Below are positions 40,954-54,811 of a DNA stretch of 64,000 bases, one piece after another. Location of the stretch: the NCBI GenBank assembly GCA_951406725.2, contig OX597824.1, positions 24,366,001-24,430,000 on the forward strand, given 5' to 3'. The translations under genes were made by a program, and so were the position numbers. Origin of the DNA: Octopus vulgaris (lineage: Eukaryota). Positions within the stretch are counted from its first letter, which is position 1. The number at the start of each line of letters is the position of its first letter. The notes under the pieces are model-generated. The model ran no database searches. It was not told where the DNA came from and was given only the letters and a program-made list of their open reading frames with translations.

Positions 40954-41458
40954 GAATTCCTTGAATCGGATTTGGGAACACTGAAAGTTGGGAGCATACC
41001 CTTTCGGCTTCTTATCACTTCTAGAATTCTGCTCGAACTAAAAGTGCTATCAAATTCGAATATGCAAGCGAAGAATTTCTGCTCTCCCCTTTCCACCAGC
41101 GTGGGTTAAAATTGACAAACACCATGTATTAACGGTGAAAACCGCAGCATTTAACAGAGAAAGATGAATTATAATTTCAACAATTGAGGGTAAAATTAAT
41201 TAATTATTAATCAATTTCACCAAGTATTCAGTATGTAAAGGGACCATTTTAGGCGAATTCAAAATATTACATTATATATAAGGGCTTAGTAAAATAAATT
41301 ACTTTGCCACATACTGAACTCATTAGAAATAGCAGCTAAAGAAATTTCTTCAGCTATTTCTAATACTTAAAGAAGATCTCTCTCAGATAGTGTTTGCCTA
41401 AACCAACTCACAAAGGTATGGGGGAAAAAACATTAAAAAATCAAGTGCAAAGGTTATT

Positions 41459-41510
41459 TGAGAACGTACGTTTCTAGATTAGTCAATTCGACATTTCTTT
41501 CGTCAGCTCA
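41459..41510 (-). ncRNA. Minimal type I hammerhead ribozyme, unit 2
   Basis: Identical to the unit 1 motif, 557 bp away. Confidence 0.7.
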
Positions 41511-42016
41511 GAATTCCTTGAATCGGATTTGGGAACACTGAAAGTTGGGAGCATACCCTTTCGGCTTCTTATCACTTCTAGAATTCTGCTCGAACTAAAA
41601 GTGCTATCAAATCCGAATATGCAAGCGAAGAATTTCTGCTCTCCCCTTTCCACCAGCGTGGGTTAAAATTGACAAACACCATGTATTAACGGTGAAAACC
41701 GCAGCATTTAACAGAGAAGAGATGAATTATAATTTCAACAATTGAGGGTAAAATTAATTAATTATTAATCAATTTCACCAAGTATTCAGTATGTAAAGGG
41801 ACCATTTTAGGCGAATTCAAAATATTACATTATATATAAGGGCTTAGTAAAATAAATTACTTTGCCACATACTGAACTCATTAGAAATAGCAGCTAAAGA
41901 AATTTCTTCAGCTATTTCTAATACTTAAAGAAGATCTCTCTCAGATAGTGTTTGCCTAAACCAACTCACAAAGGTATGGGGGAAAAAACATTAAAAAATC
42001 AAGTGCAAAGGTTATT

Positions 42017-42068
42017 TGAGAACGTACGTTTCTAGATTAGTCAATTCGACATTTCTTTCGTCAGCTCA
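42017..42068 (-). ncRNA. Minimal type I hammerhead ribozyme, unit 3
   Basis: Identical motif, 558 bp from unit 2. Confidence 0.7.
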
Positions 42069-42664
42069 GAATTCCTTGAATCGGATTTGGGAACACTGAA
42101 AGTTGGGAGCATACCCTTTCGGCTTCTTATCACTTCTAGAATTCTGCTCGAACTAAAAGTGCTACCAAATTCGAATATGCAAGCGAAGAATTTCTGCTCT
42201 CCCCTTTCCACCAGCGTGGGTTAAAATTGACAAACACCATGTATTAACGGTGAAAACCGCAGCATTTAACAGAGAAAGATGAAATAATATCTGAGAGAGA
42301 TCTTCTTTAAGTATTAGAAATAGCTGAAGAAATTTCTTTAGCTGCTATTTCTAATGAGTTCAGTATGTGGCAAAGTAATTTATTTTAAGGAGAGGCCGAG
42401 AGAAGGAGAGAGAAAATAGAACTTGTTGCAAAGGACCCTTAAGCCTAACATTATCTAGCCTTTGAAGGGGTTCACTTTCCAGTTCTAGCTGGTGGCCTTT
42501 TTTAATTCAGTGGACTAAAGGAAAATGAAATTAACTGCCTTGCTCAAGAACACAAATGCATCAGACTATTCCAGAATCGAACTCGCAACATTGAACAACG
42601 TGGCCGATCAATCTGCTCGACCACGGGCATACACGTGCATGCACACCACATGTTCACACACATT

Positions 42665-42708
<44 letters not shown>

Positions 42709-43024
42709 TACACACACATACAAATTGACACATATATGCATATACATGCAAATATATGTGCACTTTACAAGCATACAGATAGCTACACACCCACACATAC
42801 ATACGCGCATATATAAATATATATAAATCTACACACACACACACATACACATACATATACACACATACATACATGTATATGTACATGTCTGTGTGTGTGT
42901 GTGTGCGTGTGTGCGTGTGTGTGTGCATGTGTGTGTAATGAGCTCCTGTTGTTATTAGGTTAGCAGTGTACAGCTGTTCACTATCTCTACTACAATGACT
43001 GCAGTTAATATAAAATACCATTAT

Positions 43025-43177
<153 letters not shown>

Positions 43178-43667
43178 TATGTCAAGCAATTCCAGTGGCA
43201 AGCGCTGTTGTTCTTGGGCTACATATTTCATATTTTACAACAGTGTGCGCAGCTGTTACAAGCAGCACTACTCTGGCAACTATATATAATCCGAGAATGC
43301 TTTAAATGCAACTCAATGGTCTTGTCTTAATTCACTTACAGTCACTAAAGTAGTTAATGTGAACCACTAAGTATTGACCCCTGACTTATTGCACTCTCTT
43401 TTTTTCCTCCTTTCATCCATATTCTGTCCTTCACCACCTTGAAGATCTCGGTCTCTAATATCGCTCCTAGTTTTTTTTTTTTTTTTTTTTTTTCTTCAAC
43501 CCCTCAACTGCTGAGGATTTCTCTGGGAATCCCTTCGAAGCTCTTGTTTTTGTTCTCAATTTGAATTTATTCAAGTTCCAAACGAACATTAACTATGTCG
43601 ATCGATGTCGGTGGTATGAGAGGACCCACGAAAGTAATTGGCGCAGTCCCTTCTTCCAGATTAAGTC

Positions 43668-43721
<54 letters not shown>

Positions 43722-43725
<4 letters not shown>

Positions 43726-44263
43726 TGCCCTGATGCAGTACCAGGCAGTGGCTCTCATGGCTTCTGATCTTAACTGATTGGAAGTGTTATCATGTACATT
43801 GTTTTGTCTTGGTATAAAAGATGGGCTACAACAAATATTCTGCTCAATACCACAGATTTGCTTGTCAGTTGTTTGACCTTAACCAGTTGACCATGTCCCT
43901 TAGTGGCTGACGATATGTGCATCTCTGATCATGAGCAGAAGTAGTGGGGGAGCATCATAACCATGTGTTGAGGTTTGAATAATTCACCTCTGGAAACATG
44001 GGTGTTTCGTTCAACATGCTTAATCCTTATTCAGGGACCTTTTGAGCGGGATGGGCTACTCGACCAGAAGAAAATTCTAACTGGGCCCCACCTGCAAGGT
44101 CACGCGCTGTTTATCTTAATACAAGATCACCATGTCGCGCACATAAGGTTGTGATGCATGTGCCTGGTGTACCTTTATCAGACGGGTAGTCATGATGGGT
44201 ATATTGGGCTTCGTATATTTTACCCCAGTGTCACTTTGATGGCATGCACTGCTCCCTCACTCA
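43722..44263. mobile_element. Family C element flanked by (AAT)n
   Basis: Reverse complement of 20425-20962. Confidence 0.85.
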
Positions 44264-44284
44264 ATAATAATAATAATAATAATA

Positions 44285-44368
<84 letters not shown>

Positions 44369-44877
44369 GTTATTGTTATGAGGATTTAAAATTTTTGCAC
44401 AAGGCCAGCGGTTTTGGTGGAGGGGACTAGTCAGTTAAATTGACCCCAAAACCTCAACTAGTACATATTTTATCGTCCCTGAAAGGATGAAAAGTAAAGT
44501 TGTCCTCGACCCTAAAGGCAGATTCTGTTAATTAAGTATGAATGTATATATAAATATATAAAAGGCGGTGCCCCAGCATGGCCACAGCTCATAAGCTGAA
44601 ACTAGAAACAATCAATCAATCAATATATATATATATATATAGGTAAAAAATTTAGATTCAGATGAATATGGTACTTAAGTTGAGGCTCCAGAATTTAGTA
44701 TGGTATTATCCATACAATTTCAAAATAAGGTGATTAAAATCAAAATAAGATCAATATGTAGAGCAAGATTGCTCTTCATTTTAAATTGATGTAATGAAAT
44801 GATTGCATTGTTCAATTAAATGGAGTCGCAAGAAACGATCGTACCGCATTACCTCTAGATATCCTTGTTGCTTATTT

Positions 44878-44929
<52 letters not shown>

Positions 44930-44930
<1 letters not shown>

Positions 44931-45126
44931 ATAAAAACAAGAAAGCACAAAAAAACACAACAACGCGAGGACGTGGAACAAATATACTATTATTGGACGC
45001 TCAGGAAAGAAGGGAAGAAGGGGGGTTTAACGTTTCGAGCGGAGCTCTTCGTCGGAAACATAGAAGGAAAGATCCAGAGAAGGGAAGACAGAGGGAAAAA
45101 AATCGCCAACGGTACACACGAGGTCA
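44930..45126 (-). mobile_element. Family B Penelope-like fragment with HHR-like core
   Basis: Same as 1-110; flanked by (TA)n. Confidence 0.6.
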
Positions 45127-45258
45127 ATATATATATGTGTGTGTGTGTGTGTGTATGTATCTACGTATGTATGTATGCACATATTACAGCATAGGCAGGC
45201 AGGTATATATGTAGGTTTGTATGTATGTATAACATCATATATTTAGTCTAGATCTGGG

Positions 45259-45600
45259 ACCCCCTTCGGTCACGACACTGACCATGGGATTGCACCTAGA
45301 AAGTTACCCTCCTAGTCACAAGTCTGGGCAAGGTGGTTTTATGGAAAACCAGCAGTCGCCCATGCATACCGGCCTCCCCTCTCCACGCCACGCCACCAGT
45401 GTTATCCAAGGGAAAGGCAAAGGCCGATACAGCTTGGCACCTGTGACGTCGCAACTCAATTCTACAGCTGAGTTAACTGGAGCAACGTGAAATAAAGTGT
45501 CTTGCTCAAGAACACAAGCACGCAGTCCGGTCCGGGATTCGAGCTCACAACCTCACGATCGTAAGCTCGACGCTCTAACCACTGAGCCATGCGCCTTCAC
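45259..45600 (-). mobile_element. SINE family E, full length
   Basis: tRNA-like head at the right end (GTGAAGGCGCATGGCTCAGTGGTTAGAGCG on minus). Confidence 0.9.
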
Positions 45601-46527
45601 ATATATTTAGTACCTTCTTTATATATGTGCTAAAAGAATTTTGTTTTGTTTAAGCGCTGTAGAACAGCGCTATTTTTTTTTTTTTTTTTTTAAGAATGCA
45701 TAAATAAACCTAAATTTTCTATTTTTCTTATTAAAACTGTTTCATTGGAGCCTCTTACATCACTGGTAACTGCAGTGATTAATAACCCGCTCTAAATTCA
45801 AACATGACATATAGAATTATGAAGCCGGGTGATTATAGAAGTGAACACAGTACCCTTACTGTTTTATGACATTCCATGATAGAGTATCATGCTACGTGAT
45901 GAATTAACTGTGGATGCTATTGTGATATACACGTGGATAAAAGATATCACTTCTATAAGTTTATTTCGTTGTATTATATAATATATCATAGCAAGACCTC
46001 TTGCATGATAAATTATGTAACAGTATTTCTACTACCTTCTGTTTCCTTAATGCTTCAAAATACACCATCGAGTGTGAATTCTGATTTATTTTTAAATTTG
46101 TTTTAAATTTCAGTTATCATATAAACAGAATTTCATGCTGCTTCCATATTTTAGAAACGAGAAAGGGAGAGAAAAAAGGAATTCGTAGTCGAAGGTATGA
46201 CTGTGTGGGTTACATTCAGAAGCACGCTTGTTAAACACGTGGTTTCCGGTTCTGTTTTTAGTGTGCGGCACCTTGGGCAAGTGACTTCTACTATAGCCCC
46301 GAACCGAGCAATGTCTTGTGAGCGAAATTGCTAGACGGAAACTGTGTCGAACCCCTTCATGTGTGTGTATGTGTTTATGTGTGTGTGTGTGTGTATGTGT
46401 GTGTGTGAGTGCATCTGTGCGTGTGTGTGTGTGTGTGATTCTGTTCCTTATCACCACTTGACAACGCGTGTTGCTTTTTTTACGTCCACGTAACATTGGT
46501 TATTCAGCAACAGAGAACAACGGCAAG

Positions 46528-46574
<47 letters not shown>

Positions 46575-47064
46575 CCCCTTCATCAGTTGTCCCTGTTTCA
46601 TCTACTCCACGCGCGAAGGCAAGGACAATACGCGACTTCGTTGAGACAGTTCTTCCCGCAAAGCAAATTAAATAAAATTTGGGATTTTTTGCTGAGGGTG
46701 AAAGTGGTAACAAGAACAGGACAGTGAGAACAAGACAGTAAAAACAAACGGTGAGGGCTGTTAAAACCAAGACGATAATACATGCATACATACATGTATA
46801 CACACATACATACAAAAATACCTTGTTTTTGATGTTGAAATCCCATCTTGAATCTTGGTTAGAAACCGGTTCTTTCTCTATCGGCAAGAAATCTTGAAAT
46901 AAACTGAATAATGACATACATGCATGCACACATATATGATAACAAACACTTACCCAAAGTACTGCGCAATATATTGGTGTTTAATATATACACATAGAAA
47001 TTTGATTGTGTATGTATGTATGTAGATATACGTATGTGTTTAGAAGTATATGTTGCGTATATAC

Positions 47065-47471
47065 TCTTTACTCTTTTACTTGTTTCAGTCATTTGACTGC
47101 GGCCATGCTGGGGCACCGCCTTTAATCGAGCAACTCGACCCCGGGACTTATTCTTTGTAAGCCCAGTACTTATTCTATCGGTCTCTTTTTGCCGAACCGC
47201 TAAGTGACGGGGACATAAACACACCAGCATCGGTTGTCAAGCAATGTTAGGGGGACAAACACAGACAGACAAACACACACACATACATATATATATATAC
47301 ATATATACGACAAGCTTCTTTCAGTTTCCATCTACCAAATCCACTCACAAGGCTTTGGTCGGCCCGAGGCTATAGTAGAAGACACTTGCCCAAGGTGCCA
47401 CGCAGTGGGACTGAACCCGGAACCATGTGATTGGTAAACAAGCTACTTACCACACAGCCACTTCTGCGCCT
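47065..47471 (-). mobile_element. SINE family A, full length
   Basis: Family homology. Confidence 0.92.
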
Positions 47472-47574
47472 ATATAGATATATTTTATATAGTTTTGGGA
47501 ATACAACAGAAAAATAATATTCAAAACATGAGAATATATAATTACTTATATATTCGGTTTAAATCGTATCATGA

Positions 47575-47832
47575 AAATTATTCGAAATCATTTATTCGAA
47601 AACACTTATTCGAAGAGTTATTCGAAATAAATATCATTTGTGTACTTGATTTTTCATTTCATCATTTTTGTTTAAATAAACCAAAATATTTAGAATAAAG
47701 ATTTCGTATAATTGTCCTCTTGAATAATTTTCATTCATACAATTTTCCAATCGAATACATTTTTTTTTTTCGAATAATTGTTTTCGAATAGTAGTTTTCG
47801 AATAATTGTTTTCGAACAATTATTTTCGAACA
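47575..47832. repeat. Oppositely oriented arrays of TATTCGAA-type short repeats (MITE-like subterminal repeats)
   Basis: TTATTCGAA repeated at 47579-47626; TTTTCGAA(T/C)A at ~14 bp period at 47767-47832. Confidence 0.55.
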
Positions 47833-48165
47833 ATCTTCACATAATCGTTGACACAATGGTAAGTTGCACTACGATTGGTGCTAATGTATGAAACACACTG
47901 TATCTTCTTTTGACACACACTGTGTCTTCTGCGATAAAAAAAAATATGTATATGCATCTGTATCAATACTCCCCCAATCATATTTGCATATATGCATGTG
48001 CATATATAAATATGTAACTATATATGCACACACACACACAAAGGTAGAACCTGATCTTTTTCTGGCCGCAGTCAAATATGACTGAAACGTCTCAGACTAA
48101 GAGAATAAAAGAATATGAGTGTGTGTGTGTGTGTGTAGTTTTTATTTCTCTCTCTCTATTTTCTC

Positions 48166-48239
48166 TTATTCTTTTCTGACGAAGAGCGTAGGCTCGAAAC
48201 GTAAAAGACTTTTCCATTTCCTCAGCGTCAAACAAATAC
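48166..48239 (+). ncRNA. Hammerhead ribozyme motif in a Penelope-like fragment
   Basis: TATTCTTTT-CTGACGA-A-GAGC-GTAG-GCTC-GAAACGT...GCGTC-AAACAAATA. A decayed relative lies at ~61715-61780 on minus. Confidence 0.65.
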
Positions 48240-48337
48240 ACTTGCTTATTGTTCCTACAGCGTCAAACAAATACACTTGCTTATTGTTCCTACACCTGTA
48301 GTATCAGCGGCGAAACTTCGTTATTTATATACATTTG

Positions 48338-48383
<46 letters not shown>

Positions 48384-48709
48384 GTAGACACACTTAATGC
48401 GCATTTATTATGTGACTGCGAATTCATCTGATATCATCTGTAGATGTCAACAGCTAACCAGGTATAACTTCACACCCGATTGCCACAAATCTCGTAATAT
48501 ACGCACGCACTCACGCACAAATATACAGACACACACACAGAGTAAATTCTGGTTTTTAGCCTCGGGGTACAGCTCGTCTGTGAAGAAAAAAAATGGCAAG
48601 ATGCCATTTTAGTGCCGAGATAGTTTTTAAGTTTGGCAACTTTCCAGTCTTATACTAACAATAGATACGAGATGGTATGCATCAGAATGGTATAAGAGAG
48701 AGAGGCTTT

Positions 48710-48775
<66 letters not shown>

Positions 48776-48859
48776 CATTAGCATATGTTTCTTTTCTATG
48801 TGCCCTTGTATATGTGCGTGAATATGTATGTCCGTATACGCATGTGTATCTTACATATA

Positions 48860-48892
<33 letters not shown>

Positions 48893-49076
48893 GTATGTAG
48901 GTCCCCCCCAAAAAAAAAATATATGTATGTATATATATTAGATAATAAAACGAATATGTGTATCTGTATGTGTATATATTTATAAGTATACGCGAGAGTA
49001 TATATATCTTTGTGTATGCATACTTCAATCTATCTATCTAATTATCTATCTCCGTTTGTGTATGTATATATATATG

Positions 49077-49183
<107 letters not shown>

Positions 49184-49215
49184 ATATATATATACTTACA
49201 CACACATATATATGC

Positions 49216-49264
<49 letters not shown>

Positions 49265-49419
49265 TGCATGCATGCCCACATATATACTCCGCTTGAAATC
49301 ATTATACCTGCCTTAAATTTAATATAAACATTACACCCCCGCACATTTTCTTCCAGAACAAATTCTTACGGATTCCCTCCTTAAATTTTTCTCCCTACTC
49401 TCTTTCACATACTCTCCCT

Positions 49420-49495
<76 letters not shown>

Positions 49496-49718
49496 ACCTG
49501 ACTCACACACACACACGCACACATACACACACACACACTCACACGCATACGCATGCACATTTACAAACGTGCGTGAATTCGCCATGCACGCATTGACGTA
49601 CAGCCACCCACCATGATGCGGGTGGGCATATATACGCTCTTATTCATAAAGAAGGACACATATACCCATACATGCACTCACAACACATAGACACCAACAC
49701 TCGTATACATAAGAATAC

Positions 49719-49779
<61 letters not shown>

Positions 49780-49830
49780 TATATACATACATACACATAT
49801 ACACATATACACACACACGCTTATATATAT

Positions 49831-49869
<39 letters not shown>

Positions 49870-49999
49870 TTGTACGCATGCACTGACGTCTCCCTCCTAA
49901 TCTTCATGCATATTTGATTATCCCCTGAGTGAGGTATTTAGTACAGTTTCCCATATGCATACAGACACACACGCACACACACATATAAATATATACACA

Positions 50000-50045
<46 letters not shown>

Positions 50046-50485
50046 TATGTGTGTGTGTGTGTGCATACATAGATATATGTTGACATATACCTACATATAT
50101 TATATGTGGGTGTGTGGATATATATGTGGGTGTTAGGAGTCTAAGTGTGTGCGTGTGTAGGTGTGCATGTGTGTGTGTACATGTGTGTGTGTAGTGTGAG
50201 TGAATGTGTGTGGAATGTGATACACATACCATCCAACTGAGGCAATGTCTAATTATATTAATTACCTCAGTACCATTTGCACCGTCACCAGCATCACCAC
50301 TAGCACCGTTGTCGTCGTCGTCATCATCGTCATCGTTGTCATCGTCATCGTTGTCATCGTCGTCGTCGTCATCGTCATCGTCATCATCGTCGTCGTCGGC
50401 ATCAGTATCATTCATCACTTCCATTAACATCGTGACTTCCGTTATGGCAAGCCTATTAGCAACGCCACAAACCACCACTATAATA

Positions 50486-50718
50486 CCTATTTCTTTACTA
50501 CCCACAAGGGGCTAAACACAGAGAGGACAAACAATGACAGACAAACGGATTAAGTCGATTATATCGACCCCAGTGCGTAACTGGTACTTAATTTATCGAC
50601 CCCGAAAGGATGAAAGGCAAAATCGACCTCGGCGGAATTTGAACTCACAACGTAACGACAGACGAAATACGGCTACGCATTTCGCCAAGCGTGCTAACGT
50701 TTCTGCCAGCTCGCCGCC
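50486..50718 (-). mobile_element. SINE family M monomer
   Basis: Family homology; flanked by CTATAATACC direct repeat. Confidence 0.9.
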
Positions 50719-51112
50719 CCTATAATACCCCACCACCATCACCATCACTATAACCACCAACCACCACCAACGTCGTCGTTATCAACATCATCATCATCAT
50801 CAACAACAATAACAACCACATCAACAACGCTACCATCGTCTTCACCATCATCACCGTTACAACTACCATTGCTAACAACCCTCATCAGACCCACTGTCAA
50901 CATCGCCTTCATCTCTACCATTAGCACTCCGCCCTCCTCGGCATCAATACCATCGTCACCACCACCACCACCGTCTCCCCCACACCTTGGTAACGAGCCT
51001 TGGTCTCTTTGCCGTGGTTCAACCTGCTGCAAATAACAGCCAATACCCTGCAGTTCAAACCCTACTGTATTCAAAAGTGAAGGATGCGTTAGATAATGCA
51101 GTGAGGGTAAAG

Positions 51113-51331
51113 ATTCCTTTCGGTCATGAATGACCATGAGATTGCATCAAGGAAACTCCCCTCGCGAAGCACAAGTCCGAGAAGGGTTGTTGTATGGAAG
51201 ACCAGCAGTCGCCCATGCATGCCAGCCCCCTCTCTCCACGCCACCGATGTTATCCAAGGGAAAAGCAAAGGCTGATACAGATTGGTACTAGCGACGTCGC
51301 AGCTAATTTCTACAGATGAGTGAAATGGAGT
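51113..51331 (-). mobile_element. SINE family E, 3' part
   Basis: Homologous to 45259-45480. Confidence 0.8.
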
Positions 51332-52342
51332 GTTGCAAGTAGCTATTTTAACCATTTTAAAATAAGGCGCCATTTTGTGGTAGCTGGCAATATGACGTAA
51401 TGTCGTATTGCTGAAGAAATATTATTGTCGTTTTTTCATTGGTTAATATAACTACTCATATAAGGATTCTAAAAGGTTATGTAGCAATATTGCTATCTTC
51501 ATTGCTATCTTCACTGTTTGAGAAAAACATTAGGATGATTACAAACATCGTTGGCTAGTTTAACCTTCTTGTGTCCACTGATCCTATTGGTTAGCATCTT
51601 AGCGCGGTCTGTCTCTCTACCTATTTCGTGCCATTGTGTAAACTGCGCTGTAGAAATATGTACAAGAGGAGAAATATGTCACCAAACTCCTCACGTACGG
51701 TCGTATTCTAACAGTTACTTAAAGAATATTTGTAATGGATTGCGATTCTTTTAAGTCAAGTTGAGCAATTATAAAAACCCTGGATTTTGGGAAAAACTTT
51801 AGTGTTTGCTGGATGTAACTAAACTCCACGACACTCGCTCCTTTGAGACATTGGTGATTTTCATGCCATGTCCAAAGGAAATCCAACAAGTCTATTTTGA
51901 ATTGTTGATTCATTTATTAGTTAGATTTATGAATTAGCTAGTGAAATATATAGTCGTACTTCTACACGACGAAAATTATCTTTCCTTTCACAAGTACATA
52001 ATATAAAATGTTATATTTATATAATAAAACTAATTAAGAAAATGTTTCTCTTCACGTTTGTTTTTCAACTGAGTATAAATAAATATGGATTTCTGTAATC
52101 ATTAAATTATATTTTCTTATAGCGGTTAAATGAACACGAAGAAAATATTATACATACATGTCGTTAATATTCGTAGCGTTTCAAGAGTATATTTCTCTAT
52201 GGCGTTATATACTGTAGTTCGGATTTGTGTATAATGATAACACTTAAGTTATAAGTGACGTTTTAATCATTACATTCACCCTTACTCAAAAAAGCCAAAT
52301 AAAATAATCAATTTCCCAATAGGAAACACAATAAATAGCATT

Positions 52343-52570
52343 ACATTACTGTAACAAAACTAAATAGAGAATATACGATATTAATATAACTTAGGTGAAA
52401 GCTCATGGTAGCCTAAAACCACCTATAGGAAAATTGGTGACCCCGACGTGATTCGAACACGCAGCCTTCTGATATTCAATTTTCCTATAGGCGGTTTTAG
52501 GCTACAGTGAGCTTTCTCTAAGGTTATATTAATATCGTATATTCTCTAATTAGTTTTGTTACAGTAATGT
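52343..52570. repeat. Inverted repeat, 94 bp arms (52343-52436 / 52477-52570)
   Basis: The arms are reverse complements with about 7 differences by eye. Confidence 0.95.
52435..52473 (-). pseudogene. 3' half of tRNA-Trp (positions 38-76, including CCA)
   Basis: Minus strand ATCAGAAGGCTGCGTGTTCGAATCACGTCGGGGTCACCA matches the conserved metazoan tRNA-Trp 3' half. The plus-strand start TGGTGACCCCGACGTGAT is the classic tRNA-Trp primer-binding-site sequence. Confidence 0.9.
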
Positions 52571-52947
52571 CAGTTAGAATTTTCTTCAGATTCAGTAGCT
52601 CATCCCACACAAAAGGTCCCTGCATAAGAGTTATTTTAAGGATGATGAACGAAACACCCATGCTTCCAGAGGTGAATTATTCAAACCCCAAAGAATTCCT
52701 CTCGACACATAGCTATGATGCTTCCCCTCGGCTCCTGCTCGTGATCAGAGGTGCACATATCGTCAGCGACCAAAGGACATGCTCAAATGGTTTACGGTCA
52801 AGCAAATTGTAAGCAAATCTGTGGTATTGAGCAGAATATTTGTTGTAGCCCATCTTTTATACCAAGACAAAACAATGTACATGATAACACTTTCAATCAG
52901 TTAAGATCAGAAATCGTGAGAGCCACTGCCTGGTACTGCATCAGCGT
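52571..52947. mobile_element. Family C element, truncated at the hairpin edge
   Basis: Matches 20624-20960; followed by (ATT)/(ACT)/(AAT)n. Confidence 0.85.
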
Positions 52948-52949
52948 AA

Positions 52950-53295
<346 letters not shown>

Positions 53296-53346
53296 TATAT
53301 ATATATGTTTTCTGTGTCATATATGCATACGTGTATGTGTGTATAA

Positions 53347-53377
<31 letters not shown>

Positions 53378-54200
53378 GTGGGAGGGATGATAGGATCATG
53401 ATGATGATGGTGGTGGTAGTGGTGGTGGTGGTGGTGGTGGTGGTGGTGGTGGTGGTGGTGTTTAGGGTGTTGTTTGAGATGAAGGAAGAGGAAGAGGAAG
53501 GGGAGGAATGAGGAAAACCTGTCTGTTTGTATAACTGCAATCATGGCGCTGGTTTATAACGATTGTAAAAAGTTTTTTAAAAAGCATTCGACGAAGCGGA
53601 GATACGTTTTTCACTCATATCTGATAACACCTAACAAGAACAACAACAAGAGCAACCACAGTAAACAAATCTGCTAGGAATACAACCACCACAACCATAA
53701 CACACGTCTAAAAACCATCAACTGCGCCATGCAATGTTCTTGCACAATTATGAACCAATAACGTACAAGAGAGGAAAGACTTTACGGTGCCACTCGGGTG
53801 AAAATCGGCCGAAAATGAACCCTTTTTGACCTGATCGGCATCAGAAGGGTGTCTAGACTCGATAGAAGGACTTCTTTAAACAACGGTTCACAGTTATATG
53901 TTGATACTAAATATCTGATTATGCACTAATTCTACAACACAAGGTTTCTACTATTCTGATTGTCCATGTGTGTATGTATAGATTTATATATATATATATA
54001 TATATAAATTTTATATTTATATTTATATATATATAGTAAATACAGGCAGATATGTGTGTAAGTGTGTGTTTGTACTACATGTGTGCCTCAGTATACGTAT
54101 ATAAATATATGAATATATGCTAATGTATATTTACAAGCGTGCGTATGTTCACAAACAAGAATATATACACATGTAGCTAGATATATATTTACACATGCAC

Positions 54201-54234
<34 letters not shown>

Positions 54235-54304
54235 CACACACTATTTTACACATGCACGTATATGTATATATATATATATATATATGTATATATTACACAC
54301 ACAT

Positions 54305-54404
<100 letters not shown>

Positions 54405-54414
54405 CTTTTGTCTT

Positions 54415-54630
54415 ATATGTTTCAGTCATTATATTGCGGCCATGCTGGGGCACCGCCTTGGATTTTTGATTTTTTAGTCCCAGGACTAAATTGACTGAAT
54501 TGACCCCAGGACTTATTTTTTAAGCCTGGTATTTATTCTATCGATATCTTTGATATCTTTACCGAACCGCTAAGTTACGGAAACGTAAACACATCTGTAC
54601 CAAGTGGTGATGGATTGGAACAAACACAGA

Positions 54631-54667
<37 letters not shown>

Positions 54668-54811
54668 ACACACATACCAAAATCTACTCACAGGACTTTG
54701 GTCGGCCCGAGGCTATTGTAGAAAACACATGCTCAAAGTGGCACGCAGTGGGCCTGAACCCGGAACCATGTAATTTGTAAGCAAGCTACTTACCACACAG
54801 CCACTCCTGCG

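Larger units (their letters stand above)
40651..42388 (-). mobile_element. Tandem array of three ~557 bp HHR-bearing units plus inverted terminal fragment (Penelope pLTR / retrozyme-like)
   Basis: Unit starts ATTTCAACAATTGAGGG at 40651, 41174 and 41732. 42288-42388 is the reverse complement of an internal ~100 bp segment. The array abuts (TA)n. Confidence 0.85.

Noticed and set aside
43375-43668. Possible Dong/R4 5' fragment beside (AAT)n
   Set aside because: No recognisable protein motif or second copy in the window.
46572-46600. CTGATGAAGGGG on the minus strand in family F
   Set aside because: No downstream GAAA in this copy or in the relatives at 30870 and 55330.
49918-51137. Poly-Asp and poly-Ser ORFs
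   Set aside because: Degenerate (CAT/CGT/CAC)n trinucleotide sequence interrupted by a SINE.
52343-52473. LTR retrotransposon LTR plus PBS
   Set aside because: The tRNA match extends 39 nt rather than 18 or fewer, the flanks are inverted rather than direct repeats, and no gag/pol follows.
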